The position numbers and the translations under genes were made by a program. The notes below the pieces were generated by a model that saw only the letters and a program-made list of their open reading frames with translations, was not told the origin of the DNA and did no database searches. From a virus (taxonomy: Duplodnaviria > Caudoviricetes), in the IMG/VR virus record IMGVR_UViG_3300035498_000179, positions 4,941 through 68,940 of that record: a stretch of DNA of 64,000 nt. One strand, given 5' to 3'. Of the stretch, positions 9,961 to 18,979 are shown in pieces. The first letter of the stretch is position 1. The number at the start of each line of letters is the position of its first letter.

Positions 9961-10446
9961 CTTTGAAAAACAACCTTAAAAACAATATAACAAAGTGATA
10001 CAAAGCATTAGAGCATTGCTGTATCGTATGTAACACATTAAGCTTATGTATTTAAAGTTAATAGATCTTTGACAGAATACATATCATACCAAGTGCTCAT
10101 TCTATTGCTAGAAGACTCGATTGAAGTATAGGCATAAAAGCATTATACGTATATGTATTTTGATATACTTACTGTTTATTCGTCTATGAGACTACACCTC
10201 ATCTTAACCGCGATTCGCCACTGCATTAAGAAATCACATTTTTAGCATAAAGCATTTCATGCTTAGAGGTATGATCTATTTATAGCGCATGATCAGTAGG
10301 CATATATTATCCACCACTTACCATAAAGTTATCATGGTGCTGTCAATTCAGCCATATCATCTGCCGTAGCCTCGAATTGAACAATTCCCTGTACGTGTCT
10401 AGATGATTTTCGGATTTAGCATAAAAGCGTTATCCGGGATAGTCGG

Positions 10447-10818
10447 TTAATAACGCCAAGCGTCTTTACCGTAGACGTCCTTCTTAGCCTTAGCCAGAGC
10501 TTCGTCCTTCTCAGAGGCAATCTTCTGACGAGCTTCGTCATAAGCCTTGTAATCGCCAGTGGCTTTAAAGGCTTCAACAGCGTTGTTCATGTCATCTGAG
10601 TACTTCTTCAGGATGTTTTTATTCTTTGATGCAAAGCGACCATCACGTGCTGCTTCTTCGATGATTTGGTTCGCACTCTCAAGGCGACGCTGTACCTCAT
10701 AAGATTCGCGTTCTGCCTTATCCTTTTCCATACGTTCCAGCGCAGCAGTTACTGCAGCAACCTGTACCTTACCATCATTCTCTTCCTGTTTCTTTACTGT
10801 GTCGTCAAAATTTCCCAT
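10447..10818 (-). CDS. Hypothetical coiled-coil protein
   Basis: 123 aa, strong codon bias. Confidence 0.75.
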   Translation of the reverse strand: MGNFDDTVKKQEENDGKVQVAAVTAALERMEKDKAERESYEVQRRLESANQIIEEAARDGRFASKNKNILKKYSDDMNNAVEAFKATGDYKAYDEARQKIASEKDEALAKAKKDVYGKDAWRY

Positions 10819-11052
10819 AATTGTAAAATTTTAATTGTTAATAATTGATTTAATTGAGTGATTGCTTTTTGATAAAGAAAGATTATCTCATTTATTTGTA
10901 TGTCTTATTCGTGAGTATCCCTTTTCCTTCTTCTGACCACTAATGTGGTTGACCGTTGTATAGTCCGTAGTACTCTTGCTTTTAAGCTTCCTTTAGGGGT
11001 TTGGATTTATAATCTTCCTAAATTGTAATGTTCCTTTTTCATGTTGTACACT

Positions 11053-11178
11053 TTAAAAGTTCTTATTACGGTTATAAGGCTCCATTTTGCAATGGCGTAC
11101 CTTTTTCTTACTGCGATATTCGCTAGCTTGCTGTGCTTGTTTGGAACCTCTATAAGATTCCTTATAAGTCTTACTCAT
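11053..11178 (-). CDS. Small basic peptide (MSKTYKESYRGSKQ..., 41 aa)
   Basis: ATG 4 nt after the upstream stop, TAA stop; below the ORF-track cutoff. Confidence 0.5.
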   Translation of the reverse strand: MSKTYKESYRGSKQAQQASEYRSKKKVRHCKMEPYNRNKNF

Positions 11179-11182
11179 AATA

Positions 11183-11575
11183 TTACTTAGCTAAACATGT
11201 ATTTGCTGTTACAATCAGCTGATATACGCCTGCTGCGTTACGTCTGAGTAAAGCATCCTGTGTAATCTTGCGATTATCAATCAGGAATTTCAGCACATTT
11301 TTACTGATAGCACCATTAGCTACAGCTGTCATAAAGTTAGCTGAGAACTTATAGGTGTTAGAATGATTACCACCAATAGCGAGCAAGTCTTCAACTGTTC
11401 TATCTATTGTGGCAACAAGATTGTCAGGTTTTACCTCTTCAGGGATAAAATCTGTAGCGTTAAGTACATTGATTTTAACTTGTTGGCAATTAGTAATCTT
11501 AGCGATTTCAGTGCCAATTAACTCAATGTGTTCGTCACGTGTGCTGCTAGGTACAGCGATGATTAATAATTTCAT
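11183..11575 (-). CDS. Hypothetical protein
   Basis: 130 aa; the leader TTCATATCAAATG is shared with the gene at 11869. Confidence 0.7.
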   Translation of the reverse strand: MKLLIIAVPSSTRDEHIELIGTEIAKITNCQQVKINVLNATDFIPEEVKPDNLVATIDRTVEDLLAIGGNHSNTYKFSANFMTAVANGAISKNVLKFLIDNRKITQDALLRRNAAGVYQLIVTANTCLAK

Positions 11576-11593
11576 TTGATATGAATTTAATGG

Positions 11594-11869
11594 TTAATTA
11601 ATTTTAGTAATTATCAATTTAGACATGTCAGCAGATCCATTGAAGTCACGAATAACTTCTTTGAGCTGTTCGAATGTAAAGCGTTCGGTTCTTACTTTTT
11701 TACTTTCTGTAATTGTTACGCTATAAGGCGCTTTAGATTCTTGAAAAGTACAACCGCATCGTTTACATGTTACACGACGTTCTGTTTTTCGGTCAATACC
11801 GTTACCAAGAACGGCTGAGATATCCCAATCATGACCGATACATTTACAAATAAGTTTTTTGTAGTTCAT
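11594..11869 (-). CDS. Small putative Zn-binding protein (C..GH.W...CxxC)
   Basis: CKCIGHDWD...CKRCG motif. Confidence 0.6.
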   Translation of the reverse strand: MNYKKLICKCIGHDWDISAVLGNGIDRKTERRVTCKRCGCTFQESKAPYSVTITESKKVRTERFTFEQLKEVIRDFNGSADMSKLIITKIN

Positions 11870-12079
11870 TTGATATGAATTTTAAGGGCGCCTAATAATA
11901 TGCAGATTATTAGGATATTACACATAGTTACTGCATTAACTTCGAGAGTTATTATACCGCTGTATAACATATTAACTTTTGTTACGACGGTTTGAGTTAA
12001 CTTCTACTCATTCTATGACATTTCTTACGTAGTTTACCTCGTGAGTAGTATATCTTTGTCATCAGATATACTCATTGGA

Positions 12080-12168
12080 GTGCATGATTTTAACGCCTGC
12101 ACGATCACACCCGCTTGACTAGTATGGGCTAGTGCTTACGCCCCACATGCTTGTCATTTTCTGAAGGA
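12080..12168 (-). ncRNA. Hatchet-like self-cleaving ribozyme, variant copy
   Basis: CAAGCAUGUGGGGC...GUGCAGGCGUUAAAAUCAUGCA. Same core blocks as the 13979-14062 copy, with a different central hairpin region and a short P1. Confidence 0.6.
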
Positions 12169-12217
12169 CCTCAATCCTGTTTCACAACTGTATTGAGGCA
12201 CAATAAGTATAACATAA

Positions 12218-12658
12218 CTAGATAGAAGCTTTTAATGAGTCTGATGATGCGATTGGTGTATTCGCAATCGGTATCTTTGGCAATGAGTCTGGAATAATAC
12301 TCTTCTGCGTTTCCATTGCCTTTAATACTGTTTCATCATAAAATCTTTTATGTGCGAGATATTCTGTAACAATCTCTTCTACATCTAATTGAGTACCACA
12401 TTGTACCAAGATGAATGTTAAGATAGGCTCAGGCATAGCCAAGAACACACTATCATTATACTTCTCGATACGGAGGTCATTCTGCCATTTCACCCATTCG
12501 GTGATTGACATACTATCGTCCACTAAACTGGAATCAACCACTTCAGTGATTTCATCACTCTTTGTGCTGCGAGTAAATTGTTCACAAGCACAGAAAGCCA
12601 ACATTGTTACGAACAATGCCAGCATTGAAACTGTTCTAATGTTTTCTAAATGTTTCAT
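12218..12658 (-). CDS. Putative lipoprotein
   Basis: Basic N-terminus, hydrophobic stretch and lipobox-like LAFCAC. Ends at TAG (12 more codons to TGA if read through). Confidence 0.65.
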   Translation of the reverse strand: MKHLENIRTVSMLALFVTMLAFCACEQFTRSTKSDEITEVVDSSLVDDSMSITEWVKWQNDLRIEKYNDSVFLAMPEPILTFILVQCGTQLDVEEIVTEYLAHKRFYDETVLKAMETQKSIIPDSLPKIPIANTPIASSDSLKASI

Positions 12659-12688
12659 TTGTTTAAATTATTATTGATTAATAAAGTG

Positions 12689-12877
12689 TTATGCCAAATA
12701 GATTAATTCTAATAAAGCAATAATTGCCAACATTACGAGCATTAACATATTACATACGTATATTTGTTTGTAAAATGGACATTGTTTTCTGTAAATATTA
12801 TTGTTTGTCGGACAATATTGTGTGTTTTGATAATCACACTGTTTACAGATCAGACTTCTGTTTTCTTTTCTTTCCAT
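12689..12877 (-). CDS. Small Cys-rich membrane protein
   Basis: CxxC...C...C followed by a C-terminal TM segment. Confidence 0.5.
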   Translation of the reverse strand: MERKENRSLICKQCDYQNTQYCPTNNNIYRKQCPFYKQIYVCNMLMLVMLAIIALLELIYLA

Positions 12878-12987
12878 GATTGTCTGGTTGTTTATGGGAT
12901 TCGATAAAAAGACATATGATCATTCCGAATATAGCTATGTTCATTCCTGCTAAGGAATAGAGCATATAGAGTACAGGATTTTCCATA

Positions 12988-13359
12988 TTATAAGTTCTTT
13001 TCTAATCCATCATTTAATTTCTTAACAAGGTCCTCTGCCAAATCAATCATATGGTTTGTTTGTTCAACATTACCATAGTCTTTAACAAGTACATTTAAGT
13101 CTGGGTTTATTGCGCCCCATACTTGACCAAGTGATCTAAAGAATTTCTTAGGTGCATGAGTATAATCGTGTTCATAACGATTTACTTTGACAGTTAGAGT
13201 GTCACATTTTTTACACAATGTGTTAACTTTTTCTTGCGAGCTACCTAATTCTTGTTTCAGTTTGAATATATCGTTGCGCAATTCATGAGCATCGATATAC
13301 GTGTAAATCAGTAGTAATAATAACATTATGTTACTTGCTACTGCTAATGGTACTAACAT
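12988..13359 (-). CDS. Membrane-anchored coiled-coil protein
   Basis: N-terminal TM segment followed by a coiled coil. Confidence 0.65.
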   Translation of the reverse strand: MLVPLAVASNIMLLLLLIYTYIDAHELRNDIFKLKQELGSSQEKVNTLCKKCDTLTVKVNRYEHDYTHAPKKFFRSLGQVWGAINPDLNVLVKDYGNVEQTNHMIDLAEDLVKKLNDGLEKNL

Positions 13360-13402
13360 GTTTTCCTCCTTTTTTTAATTGTTTTTAAATTGTTAATTAC
13401 TG

Positions 13403-13476
13403 TGGACCAGCTTGGGTTTGAACCAAGGACCTCTAGATTATGAGTCTATTGCTCTAACCAACTGAGCTACAAGTCC
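13403..13476 (-). tRNA. tRNA with CAU anticodon, most likely tRNA-Ile2 (lysidine type); elongator Met is the alternative
   Basis: GGACUUG UA GCUC AGUUGGUUA GAGC A AUAGA CUCAUAA UCUAG AGGUC CUUGG UUCAAAC CCAAG CUGGUCC A. The G1-C72 pair argues against fMet. The anticodon arm GACUCAUAAUC resembles bacterial Ile2. CCA is not encoded. Confidence 0.85.
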
Positions 13477-13978
13477 GTTAATATTCACTTAGTTCTCCAT
13501 GCATATATACAGCAGAACATTAATACTACAATAAAGTAAATTTCTAGCATCATGATTTTAGATTTTAAACCTCACCTATTTTCACAAACAAGTGAGGGGT
13601 GTAGAATAATAATTAAAACACACAAGATTAATACTATTCAACTAAGTATCGTAAATATGAAAGAAATGTGTACAAATAAACACCCTAGCAATCCCGCTAA
13701 CACTTTTGTGCCTGTTCATACTAGGGTGTACTGGTTATTACTTAGCTGCCAGTGCAGCAAGACCGACGGTCATAAAGGCCACGGTAGCAATCAAGTGTAC
13801 CATAAAAGTAGTTTTTAACATTTAGAGTGTTAAACAGCATAGATTTAGGTAACTCGGTTGCGCGTCACTTTATCTCAAACTAAAAAGGGGACTATCCTCT
13901 CTAGGACAATTAGTTATACAACTCAGTGACAATTGAGTAGTGTAAACGAACGAAGAGTTCCATATGTTTTTGTATAAC

Positions 13979-14062
13979 TGCATGATTTTAAAGTCTGCAC
14001 TAATACTAGTTTAAAACTAGATATAAGCCCCACATGCTTGCCACGGATTCTCACCGTTGAGA
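13979..14062 (-). ncRNA. Hatchet self-cleaving ribozyme
   Basis: CAACGG UGAGAAU CCGUGG CAAGCAUGUGGGGCUUAUAU CUAGUU UU AAACUAG UAUUAGUGCAGACUUUAAAAUCAUGC. Near-identical in P1 loop and core to the published env10 hatchet as recalled. Confidence 0.85.
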
Positions 14063-14150
14063 CAGTTTAGTTAAGTAAATGTCACTATCTTCACAGACAA
14101 TGACATTTTAATGACAAATCCAAATGTTGAATTGTAGAGCTATTCAGATT

Positions 14151-14798
14151 TCAGTCGCACTGTGTATTGTACACTCGCTTGTGAATGTGGTAACATTCGT
14201 TAACAAGTGTTATCTTATTTGTAGCTATTTCAAATACTACATATCCGCCTGTAATTGATTCATAGTCAATGAATATTGCAGCGGCATAGTTTTGTGCGTA
14301 AGTATCAGCTGTAGTTGTTTTTGCCCATACTAAATCACCATACATAAACGATTTAGGTGGTGTGTTTGATGATTCATTACGCTGTTTGCGTTTGAGTCCT
14401 GATTTTTGATCAGACTGTGCTTCATATTCAGCTTGACCCACCAACACACCAGAGTATTTCTGTTCTAAATCTGAAGCATATTTACGAAGTTCTTCGCATT
14501 TAGCTTCTTTTTTATTGTATTTGACTCTAAGTGATTCATATTCACTTTTGAGTGCTTCGTGGTCTTCTTGTAAGACCGCATATTCTTGCTGTTGATGAAT
14601 AAGTCTGTTATTCAAGTCATCAACATCACCTGTGAGTTTAGCATTTTTAGTATCTAAATTATCACAGATATCTTTTGCTGCATTATATCGTGCTTCAAAA
14701 TCATGACAACGCTTACGTAAATCGTTAAGTGTTTTCTTTATAGCTATGATATTTTGACATAATTTAGCAAAATCAATTTGAGTTTCATTTGTTTCCAT
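14151..14798 (-). CDS. Coiled-coil hypothetical protein
   Basis: 215 aa with a long heptad region. Confidence 0.7.
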   Translation of the reverse strand: METNETQIDFAKLCQNIIAIKKTLNDLRKRCHDFEARYNAAKDICDNLDTKNAKLTGDVDDLNNRLIHQQQEYAVLQEDHEALKSEYESLRVKYNKKEAKCEELRKYASDLEQKYSGVLVGQAEYEAQSDQKSGLKRKQRNESSNTPPKSFMYGDLVWAKTTTADTYAQNYAAAIFIDYESITGGYVVFEIATNKITLVNECYHIHKRVYNTQCD

Positions 14799-14936
14799 TT
14801 TGATATGGTTTAAATGTTAATAAAAACCAGAGAGGACATATTCTGATCAACTTATTTTGTCCTGATCCCGTCTTTTGAAGATCGTAAAGGATTGTTACTC
14901 TGGAGGTACCAATTGGTTTAGTAAAATAACCTGAAC

Positions 14937-15122
14937 TCAATCAGATTGTTTCTGCTGAATCATTGCGACGAAATAGATTTGTTCTGTTGAATTTGTTTCG
15001 TTGTAATATTCTTTGTTTAATGCACTACAGAATTCATGCGCTGCCATAATGTTGTTGAACGATTTGATTACTGTAGGTTCAAAGATTGCATAAGTCTTGA
15101 TAACTAAATACTGCTTTTTCAT
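14937..15122 (-). CDS. Small hypothetical protein
   Basis: 61 aa in a packed operon. Confidence 0.55.
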   Translation of the reverse strand: MKKQYLVIKTYAIFEPTVIKSFNNIMAAHEFCSALNKEYYNETNSTEQIYFVAMIQQKQSD

Positions 15123-15127
15123 TGTTT

Positions 15128-15418
15128 TTAATCTTTTAAATCGTAATTTTGAATATTATTAACCCAGAATTTACCTTCGCTGAGTTCATCGAAGACACCA
15201 TTATCTGAAGCTAATACCATTACATTGTTATGAAACAGTTGTTTCAGGTATTCCCAGTCAGGTGTTGTTAGTTCGGTTTTTAAAGCAAAACCGATACAAG
15301 GGTCGTCATCACTGAAAGGAGTGAGTTCAACATTGCGTGTACCAAAGTAACTTGTTACTTGTTCACGAAGCGGTGCTGAGAATTCAATACCGCAGATAAT
15401 TACAAATTGTGTGATCAT
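15128..15418 (-). CDS. Hypothetical protein
   Basis: 96 aa in a packed operon. Confidence 0.6.
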   Translation of the reverse strand: MITQFVIICGIEFSAPLREQVTSYFGTRNVELTPFSDDDPCIGFALKTELTTPDWEYLKQLFHNNVMVLASDNGVFDELSEGKFWVNNIQNYDLKD

Positions 15419-15423
15419 AATTA

Positions 15424-15636
15424 TTATATTAATTTGATTCTTTTGATATGTACACGTTGTGGACTATTTTCAACTGTTACGTCAGGGAATAGGTGGCTTC
15501 TTAATTCCATCACATACGTGTCCTCGCAATCAGGTGCGTAGAATACGCCTCGGAAGTCTACTTCTGGCATTCGGTCGTATAAGTACAGCTTACCTCCGCT
15601 GTCTCTTGCAATCCAGAATTCTTGTTTTACTTTCAT
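15424..15636 (-). CDS. Small conserved-type phage protein (WIARDSGGKLYLY...LFPDVT.ENSP)
   Basis: Motif commonly seen in Bacteroidota phages (recalled). Confidence 0.65.
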   Translation of the reverse strand: MKVKQEFWIARDSGGKLYLYDRMPEVDFRGVFYAPDCEDTYVMELRSHLFPDVTVENSPQRVHIKRIKLI

Positions 15637-15638
15637 AA

Positions 15639-16118
15639 TTATAACAATATTGACGCTGTTTTAAACAATTCAAAAAATGTATCATAAAAGTGTTGTGCTA
15701 CTGGTTCGTAAGGGAATGCGAATGTGTATTTAATATGATAGGACTGAATTATACTAATTTCTGTTTCCGTTCTTACGATACAGTATTTCGGTAGCGTATG
15801 GTTGTACCAATCCAGATGTGTACCACTCATCCATGCTGTATAACAGCAAAGTAATCGTGTAAGTGCTAACAATGCGCCCGAGTATTTTTCAGGGTGTACA
15901 TTTAATACTTTACGATAGTCGTCTATTTCATTTTGTTGCAGACGCTGTATCATAGAGTTATTATCAATGTAGCTCATTGCGTAATCTTTATAGTACAAGT
16001 ACTTCACACAGTCTTCCCATGTTTCAGGGAATTTGTTTTCTTTCAAGAATATTGTATTACCGTCAAGGCGATCAAAGACCATATTATCAGGTATTACAAT
16101 TTTTTGTGTTGTTTCCAT
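15639..16118 (-). CDS. Hypothetical protein
   Basis: 159-aa ORF. Confidence 0.7.
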   Translation of the reverse strand: METTQKIVIPDNMVFDRLDGNTIFLKENKFPETWEDCVKYLYYKDYAMSYIDNNSMIQRLQQNEIDDYRKVLNVHPEKYSGALLALTRLLCCYTAWMSGTHLDWYNHTLPKYCIVRTETEISIIQSYHIKYTFAFPYEPVAQHFYDTFFELFKTASILL

Positions 16119-16129
16119 TGTGTACGGAA

Positions 16130-16240
16130 TTAGTTAGACGCTTTTAAAAGCTTTTTAAGCTTTCGGTAACTTGTCACCTTCTTTGCTGGTTGTGTAGCCT
16201 TATAGGCTGCAAACAACTGTTGTTTCTTTTCTGTTTTCAT
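16130..16240 (-). CDS. Small basic peptide (MKTEKKQQLF..., 36 aa)
   Basis: ATG with an A-rich leader, TAA stop 12 nt before the next start. Confidence 0.4.
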   Translation of the reverse strand: MKTEKKQQLFAAYKATQPAKKVTSYRKLKKLLKASN

Positions 16241-16780
16241 TGTGTTGAATTTATTAGTTTGATACTGATTTAACTATAAAATGCCTGTCTTTCCAGGCTG
16301 CCAACTATCATCATCACCTTGCGAATAGATTTCTCGCATTCGAAGCCATTTTCACCTGTACTCTCGGTGGTCTACCCAACTTACTAATTTAAAATATATA
16401 CTCACCTTATGGTAAGTAATTTAAAATACACACCATCCTATTAATCCCTTATGTAGACGTCAGGCAGAAATAAGTGTATATTAAGCAGTTTAGACTCATG
16501 CTTGGGAGTTGCTGTTCTGTTACAACCATTACATAATGCAGCTCTTCATGTAATAGCTCTCTTGTCTTTTCCAAGGCCAGCAGAAGTTTTTTACCTTATG
16601 TGGTTTATCTGCATTCTCCACTGCCTAGGACTTATTGAGCACGCCTAGGATTTCCAACGCTCGTAGTTGAAAGTTTAAAACATAATTAAATTGCCTAAAT
16701 TAATAGGACTTTAGTGGTTAGTTAAATAGCCCACGTTGAGGTTGAGCTATATATTAAATACAAAAAGGCCGAAGCCTTGG

Positions 16781-17299
16781 TTATTCACCAAGGTTTCTGG
16801 CCCCCAGGAGCATCTTCTCCAACTCTTCGGGCTCCAGCTCGAAGAGTACGTATTTTCGATAATCATCGAAATACTCCTCGTTACGATAGTAACCTTTGGC
16901 TTGTTCAAAGCCTCTAGCAATGGCTGTTGAAGCGTCAGCTTCCAGACTTTTTGCATCAGTACTTACCACGTAAGTCTTTCTAACTACGCGAGGTGTACCA
17001 TCCTTGCGTATCACCTTGTAGGGCGCATGCTCTACTTGAAACAGTGCATACTTCTCAGGAAGTTGTACTGGTTTGTCGAAGCGGAAAGTCTTACGCTCTT
17101 CTCCCCATGTGAGTTCTGGGTTACCCAGCAACGCCATCATGGCCTTATCCTCGGTATCGAGGTAAATAGAATAAGAACTGCGAATAGCGTTCTTATTGTA
17201 GGAGAGCATTACCGTCTGGTAAGGTCTGCCTCCTTGACTTGTGCCAGTGGTTATACCAATGGCATAAGTAGTTTCAAGAGTAATCTTGTCAAAATCCAT
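16781..17299 (-). CDS. Hypothetical protein, first gene of the leftward arm
   Basis: Likely start MDFDKITLE at 17299; TAA stop. Confidence 0.7.
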   Translation of the reverse strand: MDFDKITLETTYAIGITTGTSQGGRPYQTVMLSYNKNAIRSSYSIYLDTEDKAMMALLGNPELTWGEERKTFRFDKPVQLPEKYALFQVEHAPYKVIRKDGTPRVVRKTYVVSTDAKSLEADASTAIARGFEQAKGYYRNEEYFDDYRKYVLFELEPEELEKMLLGARNLGE

Positions 17300-17520
17300 A
17301 AATCTTTGATTTTTGATTGATAATACGGTTCGATTTTCGACCGGCAACTCATCACCGGTACCCGGGCTTGCCAGGGTAACGGGGATGGAGGGGACCTGAT
17401 GGGTGATAATTCCACGCTCTCACACCCATCCTCAAAAATTTTTTACCAAAAAATTTTTTCGTAACTATCTGTAAATCAAGTATAAACTTTCATAAATATT
17501 GTTAACAATACTACAATAAC

Positions 17521-17549
17521 AGCAACATTTTACGATTTCATACGTTATA
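17521..17549 (+). promoter_or_regulatory. ECF-type promoter AGCAAC-N16-CGTTATA
   Basis: AGCAACATTTT...CGTTATA. The motif recurs six times on the plus strand in intergenic or gene-end positions. Confidence 0.65.
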
Positions 17550-17557
17550 CTGAATAT

Positions 17558-17597
17558 CAGTATTAATCAGTATAATTCAGTAAGACAGTATATACAG
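17558..17597 (+). repeat. Five near helically phased CAGT(A) repeats
   Basis: CAGT at 17558, 17568, 17578, 17586 and 17595. Confidence 0.55.
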
Positions 17598-17837
17598 TGT
17601 TATCCATAGTAAGTGACTATACTACCCTACTTTGGATAATGGCTTACTTAACTAATTAGTATATATACTGTATTAATACTATATAAGAGATTAGCCAAAG
17701 GAACCAGGGATCGAAGACCAAAGCCACTTAACAAGTCTGTATAGGAAGTGTAAACCGCTTTGCTAAATCGTAGGTTAGCACTGTTTACCGGTCAGGGGGT
17801 ATTATAAAACCGGTTTTTACCGTTATCTAGCTACTAC

Positions 17838-18023
17838 ATGGAAAATGACTCTATTCAGAGTATTGTCTTCAGAGGCAAGCTCTACTACGTATTACCCGAA
17901 TTGGCTGAAAAGCAATGTCGCGGTTGTGATTTAATTGATAAAGGCTGCTATAACCACAAAGAACTACTTAGTATATGCCGTAGAGGTTGTATATTTAAGC
18001 GCGTTCAATTTAACCGAAAGTAA
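17838..18023 (+). CDS. Small Cys-rich protein
   Basis: CRGCDL...C...CRRGCIF; first rightward ORF. Confidence 0.55.
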   Translation: MENDSIQSIVFRGKLYYVLPELAEKQCRGCDLIDKGCYNHKELLSICRRGCIFKRVQFNRK

Positions 18024-18060
18024 CCTACTACGTTTAACAGATAAACTAACATGATTAATT

Positions 18061-18411
18061 ATGGAAGATAAAGTATTAGAAACCGTTGTAAATGGACTGG
18101 GTTACCGCTTTGAGAAGGATGTACTGGTTAAGCCTTTAGACCCGATTATGATCACAGTAGAGGAAGAGGAGCAGATCCCTACTGGGGAAGTTGATGAGGA
18201 GGGTTATAACAAGTACGATGTAAAAAAGACCACTAAGGAAGTAGAGTCTGACTTCCGTAAAGGTGTCGTACTGGCTTTACCTGCTAGCTATGAAGGCAAT
18301 ATCCGTGTAGGCGATACTGTGGTATACCCAAAGAAATTTACTAAAGACTTTGACCTGTTTAAAGACTCACAGTTGGTCAAAGCGTACGATATTGTAGCTG
18401 TAGCAATCTAA
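18061..18411 (+). CDS. groES: GroES/Cpn10-like co-chaperonin
   Basis: KDVLVKPL...GVVLALP...VGDTVVY...LVKAYDIVAV pattern. Confidence 0.7.
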   Translation: MEDKVLETVVNGLGYRFEKDVLVKPLDPIMITVEEEEQIPTGEVDEEGYNKYDVKKTTKEVESDFRKGVVLALPASYEGNIRVGDTVVYPKKFTKDFDLFKDSQLVKAYDIVAVAI

Positions 18412-18443
18412 ACTCAAGTACAGCAAGAAATCTTTTACCAATT

Positions 18444-18471
18444 AAGCCCTGTTTCAAGCAGGGCTTTTTTT
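18444..18471 (+). terminator. Rho-independent terminator
   Basis: AAGCCCTG-TTTCAAG-CAGGGCTT followed by a T run. Confidence 0.8.
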
Positions 18472-18508
18472 ATTGTCTAAAAATAAGTGTTAAATAGTGT
18501 TAACAAAT

Positions 18509-18537
18509 AGCAACATTTTTTGTATTATTGCGTTTAT
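18509..18537 (+). promoter_or_regulatory. ECF-type promoter AGCAAC-N16-CGTTTAT
   Basis: Located just after the terminator, 29 nt before the ATG at 18566. Confidence 0.65.
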
Positions 18538-18565
18538 GTGTATGTAAGTTAAAAATACTAGGATT

Positions 18566-18979
18566 ATGAAATACAAAGTAATTAAAGAATTTGGTTATGC
18601 CAAGAAAGGTGATGTGTTTACACAGAATGAAAATGGTTTGTTTGAGTTCACCTCTGAAAATTGCTGCGAAGATTTCCACAGTACTTCTCGTACTGTTATC
18701 TCTGCCGATATTGCTAATGATCTTGTTGCTAGTGGCCATCTTATGGTTATCACTGAAGATAATGGCAGCGATACATTGGTAAATGAAGCAGATGAAAAGC
18801 TGAATAAGCTCAATGATTTCATTGATGAGAAGTTACAGCAGTATGCCAAGGATCACGATGCTTTACTTGGTCAGTACCAAGAAGGTGGACTGCCCCTGTG
18901 TGCCAAGGTTGAGGCTGACACTGTGTACTATAATTTGAACAAGTTGCTTACTAAGGTTAAAGAGTTGATTAATGAATAA
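18566..18979 (+). CDS. Hypothetical protein
   Basis: 137 aa, TAA stop. Confidence 0.75.
   Translation: MKYKVIKEFGYAKKGDVFTQNENGLFEFTSENCCEDFHSTSRTVISADIANDLVASGHLMVITEDNGSDTLVNEADEKLNKLNDFIDEKLQQYAKDHDALLGQYQEGGLPLCAKVEADTVYYNLNKLLTKVKELINE

Noticed and set aside
12020-12075. Hammerhead ribozyme (CUGAUGA on the minus strand)
   Set aside because: No stem II/GAAA/stem III arrangement; the motif sits in a simple hairpin loop.
18009-18037. Additional ECF-type promoters (TTTAAC-N16-CGTTTAA here; TACAAC-N13-CGT near 58173)
   Set aside because: One has a weaker -35 match and the other the wrong spacing; they may be real but are not supported enough.
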